Shown one piece after another: positions 17,954-27,304 of a DNA stretch of 64,000 nucleotides. The stretch is from Gemmatimonadales bacterium (GTDB lineage: Bacteria > Gemmatimonadota > Gemmatimonadetes > Gemmatimonadales > GWC2-71-9), in NCBI GenBank assembly GCA_041577295.1, contig JBFGJG010000002.1, positions 103,039-167,038 on the forward strand, read 5' to 3'. Each line of letters begins with the position of its first letter. Within the stretch, counting starts at the first letter, position 1. The position numbers and the translations under genes were made by a program. The notes beneath the pieces were generated by a model. The model saw nothing but the letters and a program-made list of their open reading frames with translations. It was not told where the DNA came from and searched no databases.

Positions 17954-19302
17954 TCAGTTTAATATTCGCCGCACTCGTGCAGGCCCAAGCGGTGACGGTA
18001 CCCGTTGGCCCTGGCCACCTGTACACATCCATCACCGACGGTCTCGCCGCAGCGACGGTTGACGATACCGTGCTCGTGGCACCGGGCGTCTATCACGAGC
18101 ACATCCAAATCACCAAGCCCATCGTTCTCCGCGGTCGCCCTGGCGCTGTCATCGAGGGTGACGGGCGCGGGACCGTCATCACCGTCATGGCACCGTCGGT
18201 CATCTCCGGGTTCACGATCCGCGGCTCCGGCAGCGAGCAATATCGAGAGCACTCAGGAGTGCTGGCTCAAGCGGCGCACGGTCTCGTCGTCGAAGACAAC
18301 GAGATTGAGGATGTTCTCTTCGGGATCTACGTCAAGCAGAGCGACAGCGTGATCATCCGGCGGAACGTCATTGTTGGCAAACGGCTAGCCACTCCACTCA
18401 GGGGGGACGGGATTCGACTGTGGTATAGCAACGGAGCCCTGGTCACAGACAACGAGGTCGAGCGAACGCGCGACTTGGTTGTCTGGTTCTCGAACGACGC
18501 GACGATCCGCCAAAACGTTGTACGCGATGGGCGTTACGGGCTACACTACATGTACAGTCACCGTAATGTCTTCGAGGAGAACCGGTTCTTAGGTAATCAG
18601 GTGGGGGCTTTCATCATGTACTCGGCGGATATCGTATTCCGCCGAAACCTCTTTGCGGACGCGCGAGGTACGACAGGAAGAGGGTTGGGTTTCAAGGACG
18701 CCGACCGAATCACCGCGACCGAGAACACCCTCGTGAAGAATGCCATCGGAATCTCGATCGATAACTCTCCACAAAGCGCTGGTGCTCGCAACGTTTTTCG
18801 TAACAACCTGATTGCTTACAACGACATGGCGGTGTCCATGCTGCCGTCCGTTCATAGCAATGTGTTCGAAGACAACGCCTTCGTCGACAATGTGCAGACG
18901 ATCAGCGTTTCTGGAGGAGGAACAGCCCTCGCCAACAACTGGCGTGGAAACCACTGGAGTGACTACGCAGGCTTCGACGCAAACCACAACGGGTATGGCG
19001 ACACCCCCTTCAGCGTGGAACGGCTGTCGGACGACCTCCTCGACCAACACGAAGCGCTGAGAATACTGAACCTGAGCCCCGCACTCGCGTTGGTGAACAC
19101 GCTGAGCCGCGTGCTGCCGTTCCTGGCACCCGAGCCCCTCGTGATCGACTCGATCCCGCGACTACAGCGGTACACGCTCGGTGACGCCGCCAAGCCTGGC
19201 ACTCAGAACGCTCCAGGGGCAGCGGCCGGATTCGCGGTAACAGCGGTGCTCGCTGGGCTGTGCGCGTTTTGGCTGCGACGCCCGCTCCGAGAGACCCAAT
19301 GA
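17920..19302 (+). CDS. nosD: NosD, periplasmic right-handed beta-helix protein for CuZ assembly
   Basis: Repeated parallel beta-helix units (GIYVKQSDSVIIRRNVI, DGIRLWYSNGALVTDNEV, GLHYMYSHRNVFEENRF, GAFIMYSADIVFRRNLF, IGISIDNS...). C-terminal hydrophobic helix GFAVTAVLAGLCAFWL. Start could be 17920 or the coupled GTG at 17950. Confidence 0.85.
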   Translation: MATHAAGGRRVISLIFAALVQAQAVTVPVGPGHLYTSITDGLAAATVDDTVLVAPGVYHEHIQITKPIVLRGRPGAVIEGDGRGTVITVMAPSVISGFTIRGSGSEQYREHSGVLAQAAHGLVVEDNEIEDVLFGIYVKQSDSVIIRRNVIVGKRLATPLRGDGIRLWYSNGALVTDNEVERTRDLVVWFSNDATIRQNVVRDGRYGLHYMYSHRNVFEENRFLGNQVGAFIMYSADIVFRRNLFADARGTTGRGLGFKDADRITATENTLVKNAIGISIDNSPQSAGARNVFRNNLIAYNDMAVSMLPSVHSNVFEDNAFVDNVQTISVSGGGTALANNWRGNHWSDYAGFDANHNGYGDTPFSVERLSDDLLDQHEALRILNLSPALALVNTLSRVLPFLAPEPLVIDSIPRLQRYTLGDAAKPGTQNAPGAAAGFAVTAVLAGLCAFWLRRPLRETQ

Positions 19303-20204
19303 TCGTCGCACGCGGTCTCGCCAAGCAGTACGGCCGGCAGCGGGTGCTGGACGCCGTCGATCTGAACATCGACCAGGGCGAGCGGGTTGCCCTCGTCGGC
19401 CTCAACGGTGCGGGCAAGACCACGCTGATCCGGTGTCTCCTCGGGCTCGTGCCGTTCGAGGGAGACTTGCGCATCGCTGGTTACGACGTGCGCAAGGAAG
19501 GACGTGCCGTGCGTCGCTCCCTGGGCTACGTACCCCAACGGGCTCCCTACTTTGATGGCCGGCTCTCCGAGGTCATCGCGTTCTTCGCATCTCTTCGAGG
19601 TGTCGCCTTTGAGGCCGTCACGGCACGACTCACCTCACTCGGGCTGTCGCTCGTCGAACACGGTGACAAACAGATGCGAGAGCTATCCGGCGGCATGCTC
19701 CAGAAGGTGCTACTCGCTCTGGCATTGGACGGTGACACGCCCGTGCTACTTCTCGACGAGCCGACGGCCAACCTCGACCCCAGAGCGCGCGCAGAGTTCC
19801 TACGCAGCCTCGGACCAATCGACGACCAAAAAACGGTCGTCCTGGCATCGCACCGACTCACCGATGTCCAAGCGGTCGCGAAGCGCCTGATCGTGTTGCA
19901 TGGTGGATCAATTGTGTTTGACGGAAGCGTGGCGGCACTCTGGGAGCGAGTAGGAGCTACGCAGACGCTCTGGGTCCGGGTCCCGCCCGAGGCGCGAGAT
20001 CCGCTCGGTGAGCGTCTCCGAGCCCGCTTCCGGCAGGGGATGGTCGTTGCGAACGGATCGGCGCTTGGTATACCCGTCGCGGATGGCGCGGGCGTCGATG
20101 TGCTCGTTGAGTTGCGTGAGTCCGGCATCCACGTGGAAGACTTCTGGACCGAAAGCCCTTCCCTACAGAACGTCCTCGAGCACCTGCTCGGTGAGAACGT
20201 ATGA
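19299..20204 (+). CDS. nosF: NosF, ABC transporter ATP-binding protein
   Basis: Walker A GLNGAGKTT, signature LSGGMLQKV, Walker B LLLDEPTANLD. ATG overlaps the nosD stop (ATGA). Confidence 0.85.
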   Translation: MIVARGLAKQYGRQRVLDAVDLNIDQGERVALVGLNGAGKTTLIRCLLGLVPFEGDLRIAGYDVRKEGRAVRRSLGYVPQRAPYFDGRLSEVIAFFASLRGVAFEAVTARLTSLGLSLVEHGDKQMRELSGGMLQKVLLALALDGDTPVLLLDEPTANLDPRARAEFLRSLGPIDDQKTVVLASHRLTDVQAVAKRLIVLHGGSIVFDGSVAALWERVGATQTLWVRVPPEARDPLGERLRARFRQGMVVANGSALGIPVADGAGVDVLVELRESGIHVEDFWTESPSLQNVLEHLLGENV

Positions 20205-21019
20205 TGACCACCGCCACACTCTTCGTCCGACGAGAGGTCGCGACCGCGCTTCGGACCCGATGGTTCCTGATCTACTCGGCCATCTTCCTCGTAAGTGGAA
20301 TCCTGCTCGTCAGTCTCGGGAATCTCAACGTCGCGCTGTACGGGTACCGGGGATTTGCGAAAGCGTTTGCCGGTCTAGTGCATCTTGCGATGCTCTTCGT
20401 GCCGGTGATGGCGCTTCTCCCGGCGACCGCGACGATTGCCGAAGAACGAGAGAGTGGAGCGCTGGAGTATCTGCTCGCCCAACCGGTCAGCTTTGGTCAG
20501 GTCTTTTTTGGAAAGTGGGCGGGAGTGAGTGTGGCAGTGCTCCTTGCCTTGATCGTGGGGTTCGCCGCGGCCGGCGCAGTCGCCGTGCTTCGAGGCGTGC
20601 CACCGGCGCTGATCATCACCCTGTTCGGATTCGTGATCCTGCTGGCGCTCGCATTCGTGGCCCTGGGCCTATGCATTTCGGCCATCGCATCGGCACGGGC
20701 TCAGGCTGTTACGTGGGGGCTCATTGCATGGTTGGCGCTCGTCGTGCTGAGCGGCCTCGGCGTCCTCGTCGCTTTCGTCCGCTGGGGAATCTCCGAGCGT
20801 CTGCTCGTGCTGTGGACGTTCATCAATCCCACCGAAGCCTTCCGCATTGGGATTGTCACCGTTTTGGATCCCGATCTGAGCCTGCTCGGCCCTCTGGGGG
20901 CGAATATTGTCGAACGGCTCGGCGCCGGGGGAACGGTGGCACTCACAGGACTGACGCTCACCGCGTGGATCGTCCTCCCAGGTCTTGTCGGCTGGCTGGT
21001 GTTTCGACGGGCGCGGTAG
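20201..21019 (+). CDS. nosY: NosY, ABC-2 type permease
   Basis: 272 aa with six TM segments. ATG overlaps the nosF stop. Position is canonical for nosDFY. Confidence 0.8.
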   Translation: MMTTATLFVRREVATALRTRWFLIYSAIFLVSGILLVSLGNLNVALYGYRGFAKAFAGLVHLAMLFVPVMALLPATATIAEERESGALEYLLAQPVSFGQVFFGKWAGVSVAVLLALIVGFAAAGAVAVLRGVPPALIITLFGFVILLALAFVALGLCISAIASARAQAVTWGLIAWLALVVLSGLGVLVAFVRWGISERLLVLWTFINPTEAFRIGIVTVLDPDLSLLGPLGANIVERLGAGGTVALTGLTLTAWIVLPGLVGWLVFRRAR

Positions 21020-21094
21020 AGACCTACCGAAACCGATAGACCCATTACTTTTCTCGTCGACCCAACCAATCCCCATTCGGGACGAGCGCGACGA

Positions 21095-23383
21095 ATGCCA
21101 AACTTTCAGATCATGAGACCGGATGCCCCGGCGACCATGTTTGCCGCGGTCATCATGTGTGTATCGGTGGGTTGTGGATCGACCAGTCAACCGGTGAGTG
21201 AACCTGCGCCCCAACCGCCAGTCCCAACGCCGGTCGGCGCGCCGGCTGCGCAGGGCGACTCACTTTCGGTCACCACCGGGCGCCAACCGCCGGCAGCGCC
21301 CCTCGCCACGGATCTCGACACGGTCAAAGCTGGGCGCTTTGACAACGGAAAGATGTGGACCTTTGAGTACCCGCCGCTCGAGTATTTCGCTGAGACATAT
21401 GCGTTCAGTCCAGACTCCGCGTGGTTCGCCCGCGCGCGTCTTGGCGCGCTTAGGCTCCCTAATTGCTCTGCCTCGTTCGTTTCGCCCCACGGCCTCGTTC
21501 TCACAAATCATCACTGCGCCAGAGAGAGCGTCTCCGAGGTTTCGAACCCAGGGGAAGAGCTACTGGACAGAGGCTTCTATGCCCAGTCGGTCGATGCAGA
21601 GCGCCGGGCCGAGACGCACGCCGACCAACTCATCGCGATTCGTGACGTCTCGTCGGAAATTGAGTCCGCACTCATGGGGATCCTCGACGATTCCGCACGG
21701 GTCCGCGCCCGCGAGGAGGCGATGGAAGCCATCGAGGCTCGGATCCTGTCGGAGCACGGTGGAGAGGACAGTGGCCACGTTGTGGAGGTCATTTCATTGT
21801 GGGACGGAGCAAAGTATTCGGCCTACATCTTTCGACGATATCACGATGTTCGCCTCGTGCTCGCCCCCGAACTGCAAATCGGGTTCTTTGGCGGCGATCC
21901 GGACAATTTTACATTCCCCCGGTACAACCTCGATATGTCGTTCTACCGCGTGTACGGGGATGATGGTCAGCCGTTGAAAACGGACGTCTACTTCCCATGG
22001 AGCAGGGACGGCGTTCGCGGAGGCAACGCAGTCTTCGTCATCGGCAATCCCGGATCCACGAATAGACTCCAGACCGTGGCCCAGCTGGAGCTCCGGCGCG
22101 ATGTCCTCGACAAAGGCATTCTGGGCTTTGTGAGAAGTCGGGCGGACGCGCTCCAAGAGTTTGCCGATCGCCATCCGGCTGCAGCCGAGGAGCTCGACCT
22201 TCGGAACACGATTTTCAGCCTGCGGAACTCGCAAAAGGCCTACCAGGGAATGTGGGAAGGACTCCGCGACCCCATCATCATGGCAAAGCGTGTCGACAGT
22301 GAACGGCAGTTTCGCGCAGCGATCACCAACGACCCCGAGCTGCGTGCGAAGTACGGTGACCTGCTCGATCAGATGGCAGAAGTTCAGCGGCAAAAGCGAG
22401 AGCTGGCGTCAGATTTTCATGCCTTCCTAGCAATGGGAAACCCGTCATACACGTCCACGACGTTGCTGCGCGGATTCAATGCCTTTCAGTATCTGTCTGC
22501 CCAACAGGGTGGCGCACCACCGGAGGCGCTCACCGAGCTCGAGGGTGAACTGCTGGCAATCGAGGATCAGCCCCGCGAAATGCAGACGGCTCTGCTCGCC
22601 GCTCGGCTCGATGACATCGCACAGGCCTTCGGCAAAGATGATCCGATGGTAACCTCGCTCTTGCGTGGCCGGTCCCCATCAACTGCTGCCGAGCAAATCG
22701 TATCGCAATCGGTTCTCAGTGATTCAGCTAGAACAGCCGCGGCACTCGAGGGCGGAACGCTCACCATGAACGACCCGGCGCTTCGGATGATCATGGCGTT
22801 TCTCCAACGATTCGTGGCCTATCAAGGGCGATTTGGCTCGCTGCTCGAACGGGAAGGTGAGCTTGCCAACCGCCTAGGACGAGCTCGCTTCGATGTGTAC
22901 GGTACCAAGATCCCACCTGATGCCACCTTTTCCCTGCGCATCGCCGATGGCGTGGTCCGAGGATACGACTACAACGGGACGATGGCACCGACCCACACTA
23001 CGTTTTACGGACTGTACGATCGGTTCTACGGACATGACGGAAGCGAATGGGAACTGCCTAACAGATGGCTCAGTCCCCCGGCGACCTTCGACCTCTCGAC
23101 GCCACTGAACTTCGTGCTGACCGCCGATATCATCGGAGGAAACTCCGGTTCGCCGGTGATCGACCGTGACCTCCGTTTGGTCGGGCTGATTTTCGATGGG
23201 AATATCGAAAGCCTGCCGGGGGATTACATCTACGATCCGCGCGCGAACCGGGCCGTCGCGGTAGACGCCCGTGGGATCTTGGAGGCGCTCGACGACATCT
23301 ACGACGCAGACCGAATCGTCCTCGAGCTGACCACGGGGCGGTTAGCTCGAACCGAGGCAGAGGCGGACGCGGCGATGCGATGA
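21095..23383 (+). CDS. S46-family dipeptidyl-peptidase (DPP7/DPP11-like serine protease), lipoprotein
   Basis: Lipobox VSVGCGS. Catalytic His region SFVSPHGLVLTNHHCA. Catalytic Ser region IGGNSGSPVI. Size of 762 aa is typical of the family. Confidence 0.85.
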   Translation: MPNFQIMRPDAPATMFAAVIMCVSVGCGSTSQPVSEPAPQPPVPTPVGAPAAQGDSLSVTTGRQPPAAPLATDLDTVKAGRFDNGKMWTFEYPPLEYFAETYAFSPDSAWFARARLGALRLPNCSASFVSPHGLVLTNHHCARESVSEVSNPGEELLDRGFYAQSVDAERRAETHADQLIAIRDVSSEIESALMGILDDSARVRAREEAMEAIEARILSEHGGEDSGHVVEVISLWDGAKYSAYIFRRYHDVRLVLAPELQIGFFGGDPDNFTFPRYNLDMSFYRVYGDDGQPLKTDVYFPWSRDGVRGGNAVFVIGNPGSTNRLQTVAQLELRRDVLDKGILGFVRSRADALQEFADRHPAAAEELDLRNTIFSLRNSQKAYQGMWEGLRDPIIMAKRVDSERQFRAAITNDPELRAKYGDLLDQMAEVQRQKRELASDFHAFLAMGNPSYTSTTLLRGFNAFQYLSAQQGGAPPEALTELEGELLAIEDQPREMQTALLAARLDDIAQAFGKDDPMVTSLLRGRSPSTAAEQIVSQSVLSDSARTAAALEGGTLTMNDPALRMIMAFLQRFVAYQGRFGSLLEREGELANRLGRARFDVYGTKIPPDATFSLRIADGVVRGYDYNGTMAPTHTTFYGLYDRFYGHDGSEWELPNRWLSPPATFDLSTPLNFVLTADIIGGNSGSPVIDRDLRLVGLIFDGNIESLPGDYIYDPRANRAVAVDARGILEALDDIYDADRIVLELTTGRLARTEAEADAAMR

Positions 23384-23395
23384 AACTGCCTCAGA

Positions 23396-24214
23396 CTAGT
23401 TGACTCTCGGATTCGGATATGCCGGAATCTTGACCAGACCGGGAACGCCAAACACGCGGGACAGGCCGAATACGACCCCGATGTTCGCTGCGCCTCTTCC
23501 CCACTCGTCCAGGCGGGCAGTGACGCCGAGGTCTATCACCGAGACGTTGGTGATCTGAAGCCGGGTCCCAACCTCGAACCACACCCGCGCATCGCTACGA
23601 TCCGTGGGCACCTCGAGATATAGATCTCCCAGGATGGACTTGCTGAAGAGACCGATGGGAAAATCAAATCCCAAACCCGAGATCCAATACGCGCCGCCAT
23701 CGATGTCCGAGGCGATTGCGTAGCCGCCATTCAGGTGAAGGCGCAGGCGGCTCAGACTCTTCGTTTGAATGGCGAGTAGCTCCAGCCCAACATCTTCCCG
23801 CCTCACGTCACCTATCCCCGGTGCCAATAGGGTCGTACGAAAGGCGACCGCCGGTGCCGAACGACCCTCCTGATTCACGTTGAACAACAGGTGGGTGCTG
23901 AACTCTTCAACACCTCCCGACGCCGCCCCAGCCACACGCTCCCATGCAGGGTGAGCTTCGACGCCAAACTGGAGGTTCCGCGCGATGCCAACCTTGAGCT
24001 CCAGCACCCCGGTGGCACCTCGACGGCCCCCCTCTGCCACAAGGAACTCGCTTCCCAGTTCCCACTCCCATTCCAGGAATTTCAGCGGATACGCGTCCTC
24101 GACCCGAATGGGCCGCCCGGCATCGACCGAGCGGAAATCCTCCTGAGCCAGCACCGAAACCTGAAACCCCGTAAGCATGACACCCACCGCCGTCAGCCGT
24201 AAGAGCATCGTCAT
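23396..24214 (-). CDS. Putative outer-membrane beta-barrel protein (MetA/transporter-like), unknown substrate
   Basis: Signal peptide MTMLLRLTAVGVMLTGFQVSVLAQE. Alternating amphipathic strands throughout. Start set at ATG 24214, 1 nt after the upstream gene stop, with GAGGAAAGG upstream. Confidence 0.5.
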   Translation of the reverse strand: MTMLLRLTAVGVMLTGFQVSVLAQEDFRSVDAGRPIRVEDAYPLKFLEWEWELGSEFLVAEGGRRGATGVLELKVGIARNLQFGVEAHPAWERVAGAASGGVEEFSTHLLFNVNQEGRSAPAVAFRTTLLAPGIGDVRREDVGLELLAIQTKSLSRLRLHLNGGYAIASDIDGGAYWISGLGFDFPIGLFSKSILGDLYLEVPTDRSDARVWFEVGTRLQITNVSVIDLGVTARLDEWGRGAANIGVVFGLSRVFGVPGLVKIPAYPNPRVN

Positions 24215-24215
24215 C

Positions 24216-25274
24216 TCAGCGCCTTTCCTCATGCGGACGTTGGTGATCTCCATGCTCCATCGCAGGCATGGACGCGTCCGGGTGACCCTGAGGCAGCCAG
24301 CGGCCATCGGCTAACTGCGTCGGAACCGTCATTGCAGCCATCGGCATGTGTGCGTGCGCGGACGCCGGAAGCGGCGGCGCGATCACCCATTCCTGATTCG
24401 CATACACCATTTGCCGCAGCATCCGGTCGATTTCACTTCCTTTGGCAGATCGTGAAATGCGCTCGTCCGCCATGATGTCGTTCACCACGTCATGCATCAT
24501 GTGGAGGTTGTCGAAGATGTGAGCGGCAGCCGGAAACAACGCACCAAAGCGGGGGGCAACCTCGGCGGTGAGCGGCATGTACGTGGGAGGATCCGCGAGG
24601 ACCGAATCCGTGAACACGCGGATCACTCGGTCGAGTTGGCGTCTGCGTAGAGTCGAGTCTGGCTCCAACAATGCTTCGTAGACAGCCGCGTGGTGCCAGT
24701 GATACGCCCACAGGATGCCGTTGATCTCTGGGTACTTCCGCGCGAACCGTTCCGCCCATGTGCCTCCGGCGAGCATGAACGCGTGCCCGTATCCGCGCGT
24801 GGAAAAGGCGGAGTGGGCGTTGGAGAGATAGTAGGCGATAGCTCGCTCACCAGCGGTCTTCTTGTCCAACACTCGGTCATCGGACAGAATGTCGTACAAC
24901 TGCGAATGCAGCATGTGTGTCCAGTCCATCGCCGCACCCGTTCGGTACGCTACCTTGGCCCAGTTCGGCGCGATGATCTCTGCAGGCGGCTCGAACTTCG
25001 GCGGGTTGGCAACGTATTCGCGAATTTGCCTCGCAAGCGCCCTCATGGCGGCCGAGTCGTTGGGACCTCGCTGTAGTAAGACCTCGTAGACCCCGAAATG
25101 CGCAAAGTGCGCGGCGTAGAAACTCCTGGCCGCGTTCGGGTACTCTTGGTAGAACACAAAATTGTAGGAGGCCGGCAGCCGGTACTGACCGTTACGTTGA
25201 ACGATCTGGGCTTGGGCCGACACTGCAGCGCAGCACATTACACCCACCACGGTGCCCAGGGAAAATCTCCACAT
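24216..25274 (-). CDS. Secreted helical protein of unknown function with His-rich helices and a Met/His-rich C-terminal tail
   Basis: Signal peptide MWRFSLGTVVGVMCCAAVSAQAQ. His-bearing motifs HFAHF, YHWHH and HIFDNLHMMHD. Tail is ASAHAHMPMAAM...HPDASMPAMEHGDHQRPHEERR. No family recognised. Confidence 0.6.
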   Translation of the reverse strand: MWRFSLGTVVGVMCCAAVSAQAQIVQRNGQYRLPASYNFVFYQEYPNAARSFYAAHFAHFGVYEVLLQRGPNDSAAMRALARQIREYVANPPKFEPPAEIIAPNWAKVAYRTGAAMDWTHMLHSQLYDILSDDRVLDKKTAGERAIAYYLSNAHSAFSTRGYGHAFMLAGGTWAERFARKYPEINGILWAYHWHHAAVYEALLEPDSTLRRRQLDRVIRVFTDSVLADPPTYMPLTAEVAPRFGALFPAAAHIFDNLHMMHDVVNDIMADERISRSAKGSEIDRMLRQMVYANQEWVIAPPLPASAHAHMPMAAMTVPTQLADGRWLPQGHPDASMPAMEHGDHQRPHEERR

Positions 25275-25332
25275 TGTCGCAACGACTCCTTAACGAGACT
25301 AAGAGTTCAAATGCCTGTTGCGGAAACTCGTG

Positions 25333-25719
25333 TTAGGCGATGTCTCGGGGAGGTGGATTTGGAGGTGTGATCACCCTCGAGGTGGGACTCACCGTGAGAG
25401 ATTGCGGTCGGGTGAGATGATCGGATGGTGTACCGCGCGATACGCTGATGCTAAGCAGTTGCCCCACGCCGCTACAGGACGGCGCGACCATGCAGTTGTC
25501 CAACCCACAGTGTGCACAGCCGCGCTCCTGCCCAGGAACCAAGCCGGCTGCGGCGGAGGCGGAATGGGTGTGTGCCAGCTGACGTTCCAGGTGGCACTCG
25601 CTCTCGGGCGCGGCCCGTCGATCGATCGACGCGGTGGCACCTTGAGAGGGGAACAGTAGCACACCCGCGAACAGAGCGGTGACCCGCTGGAGGCGCCGAA
25701 TACGGCGTGAGGAACGCAT
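25333..25719 (-). CDS. Possible small secreted Cys/His-rich protein (DUF2946-like pattern?)
   Basis: N-terminus RRIRRLQRVTALFAGVLLFPSQGATA looks like a signal peptide. Core is ECHLERQLAHTHS...CAHCGLDNCMVAPSC. C-terminus is proline-rich (PPNPPPR). By my hand count GC3 is only moderate, and no clear SD is present. Two other overlapping frames also stay open. Confidence 0.35.
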   Translation of the reverse strand: MRSSRRIRRLQRVTALFAGVLLFPSQGATASIDRRAAPESECHLERQLAHTHSASAAAGLVPGQERGCAHCGLDNCMVAPSCSGVGQLLSISVSRGTPSDHLTRPQSLTVSPTSRVITPPNPPPRDIA

Positions 25720-25779
25720 GACAAGCAGAAGATTACGCCGATCGAGGTGGCCGCGGTAGGTCCCCTCCTATCCCTCTAT

Positions 25780-25814
25780 CCCTTCTATCCCCTCTTGGAG
25801 AGGGGATAGAAGGG
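25780..25814 (-). terminator. Strong hairpin just downstream of the glnA-1 stop (terminator-like, no U-tract)
   Basis: CCCTTCTATCCCCTCT-tgg-AGAGGGGATAGAAGGG, 16 consecutive base pairs. Lies 12 nt after the glnA stop at 25826. Confidence 0.45.
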
Positions 25815-25825
25815 GCGGGGCTGAA

Positions 25826-27304
25826 TCACACGTCGTAGTACAGGAAAAACTCGTAGGGATGAGGACGGAGCGCCATCGGACCACACTCCTTGTGGCGCTT
25901 GTACTGCAGCCAGGTCTCAATGACATCTCTGGTAAACACGCCCCCTTCCATCAGAAAGTCGTGATCGCTCCCAAGGGCATCGAGTGCTTCGTTCAACGAT
26001 CCCGGGGTATTCTTGACCAGCATGCGGTCCGCCGGATCGAGCTCGTAAAGGTCTTTGTCGATAGGGGCCGGCGGCTCGATGCGATTGCGGATCCCATCGA
26101 GTCCGGCCATCAACAAGGCTGCAAAGGCCAGATAGGGATTGCAGGATGGGTCCGGTGCGCGAAACTCGATCCGCTTCGACTTTGCCGAGTCGCTGTAAAC
26201 GGGGATGCGGCAGATGGCACTGCGGTTCCGTTTTGAGTACACGAGATTGATAGGGGCTTCGTACCCAGGAACCAGCCGACGATATGAGTTCGTCGTGGGC
26301 GCTACCAGCGCCAGCAGCGCAGGCGCGTGCCGCAACAGCCCCCCGATGTAGAACCTCGCGGTCTCCGAGATCAATCCGTAGCCGTCTGCTGCATAAAAGA
26401 GGTTCTGCTCGTCCTTCCACAAGCTCTGGTGCACATGCATCCCCGATCCGTTATCTCCAAACAGCGGCTTTGGCATGAACGTGGCCGTGTAGCCATGCGC
26501 GTTGCAGACGTTCTTGACGATGTACTTGTACATCATCACCTGGTCCGCCATTCGCACCAACGTGTTAAATCGCATGTCGATCTCGGCCTGACCCGCCGTA
26601 CCAACCTCGTGGTGCTGCACTTCCACCTCGACGCCAGAGTCCTCGAGTGCCAGCATGATCCGTGACCGCAGATCTTGCATCTTGTCCAACGGGGGAACCG
26701 GGAAGTACCCCTCCTTGTGTCGCGGACGGTGAGCGAGGTTCGGCTGCCCGCCGTCGCGACCGGAATTCCAGATGCCTTCCTCCGCATCGATGTGGTAGTA
26801 GCCTTCGTGGGCGTTTTGGTCGAACCTGACCGAGTTGAACGCGTAGAACTCCGCCTCCGGACCCCAGTAAGACGTCGTTGCGATCCCGGACTTCACGAGA
26901 TAATCCTCGGCCTTGCGCGCGATGAACCGTGGATCACGACTGTACTGCCTTCCCGTGGTGGGGTCGACGATGTCGCACACCAGAACGAGCGTCGGGACTT
27001 CCAAGCAGGGATCCACAAATGCGGAGGAGGGATCCGGCATGAGCAGCATGTCGCTTTCGTGGATCGCCTGAAACCCGCGAACGCTCGAGCCGTCGAAGCC
27101 GAGGCCCTCCGCAAACAGATCTTCTGTGAGTGCCCGCGCCGGGATGGAGAAGTGCTGCCACTGACCGGGAAGGTCGCAAAAACGCACATCAACCACTTTG
27201 ACGCCGCTCTCCCTCGCCTTACTGACCACGTCGGCGGCGGAAGACGACGGGGTCGGGTCCAGTTTGAGGCCATCCGATGCTTTCGGCGGCATTGTCGCGG
27301 TCAT
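25826..27304 (-). CDS. glnA: Glutamine synthetase type I (beta-subtype-like), copy 1
   Basis: [61 protein letters not shown], and a Tyr-containing loop KDLYELDP at the adenylylation-loop position. Start set at ATG 27304, preceded by AAGGAG. The tracked start at 27388 adds 28 unsupported residues. Confidence 0.9.
   Translation of the reverse strand: MTATMPPKASDGLKLDPTPSSSAADVVSKARESGVKVVDVRFCDLPGQWQHFSIPARALTEDLFAEGLGFDGSSVRGFQAIHESDMLLMPDPSSAFVDPCLEVPTLVLVCDIVDPTTGRQYSRDPRFIARKAEDYLVKSGIATTSYWGPEAEFYAFNSVRFDQNAHEGYYHIDAEEGIWNSGRDGGQPNLAHRPRHKEGYFPVPPLDKMQDLRSRIMLALEDSGVEVEVQHHEVGTAGQAEIDMRFNTLVRMADQVMMYKYIVKNVCNAHGYTATFMPKPLFGDNGSGMHVHQSLWKDEQNLFYAADGYGLISETARFYIGGLLRHAPALLALVAPTTNSYRRLVPGYEAPINLVYSKRNRSAICRIPVYSDSAKSKRIEFRAPDPSCNPYLAFAALLMAGLDGIRNRIEPPAPIDKDLYELDPADRMLVKNTPGSLNEALDALGSDHDFLMEGGVFTRDVIETWLQYKRHKECGPMALRPHPYEFFLYYDV

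Noticed and set aside
20008-21039. 343-aa plus-strand ORF spanning the nosF/nosY junction in another frame
   Set aside because: The Arg/Ser/Pro-rich translation is incompatible with the Walker motifs and TM helices read in the nosF and nosY frames.
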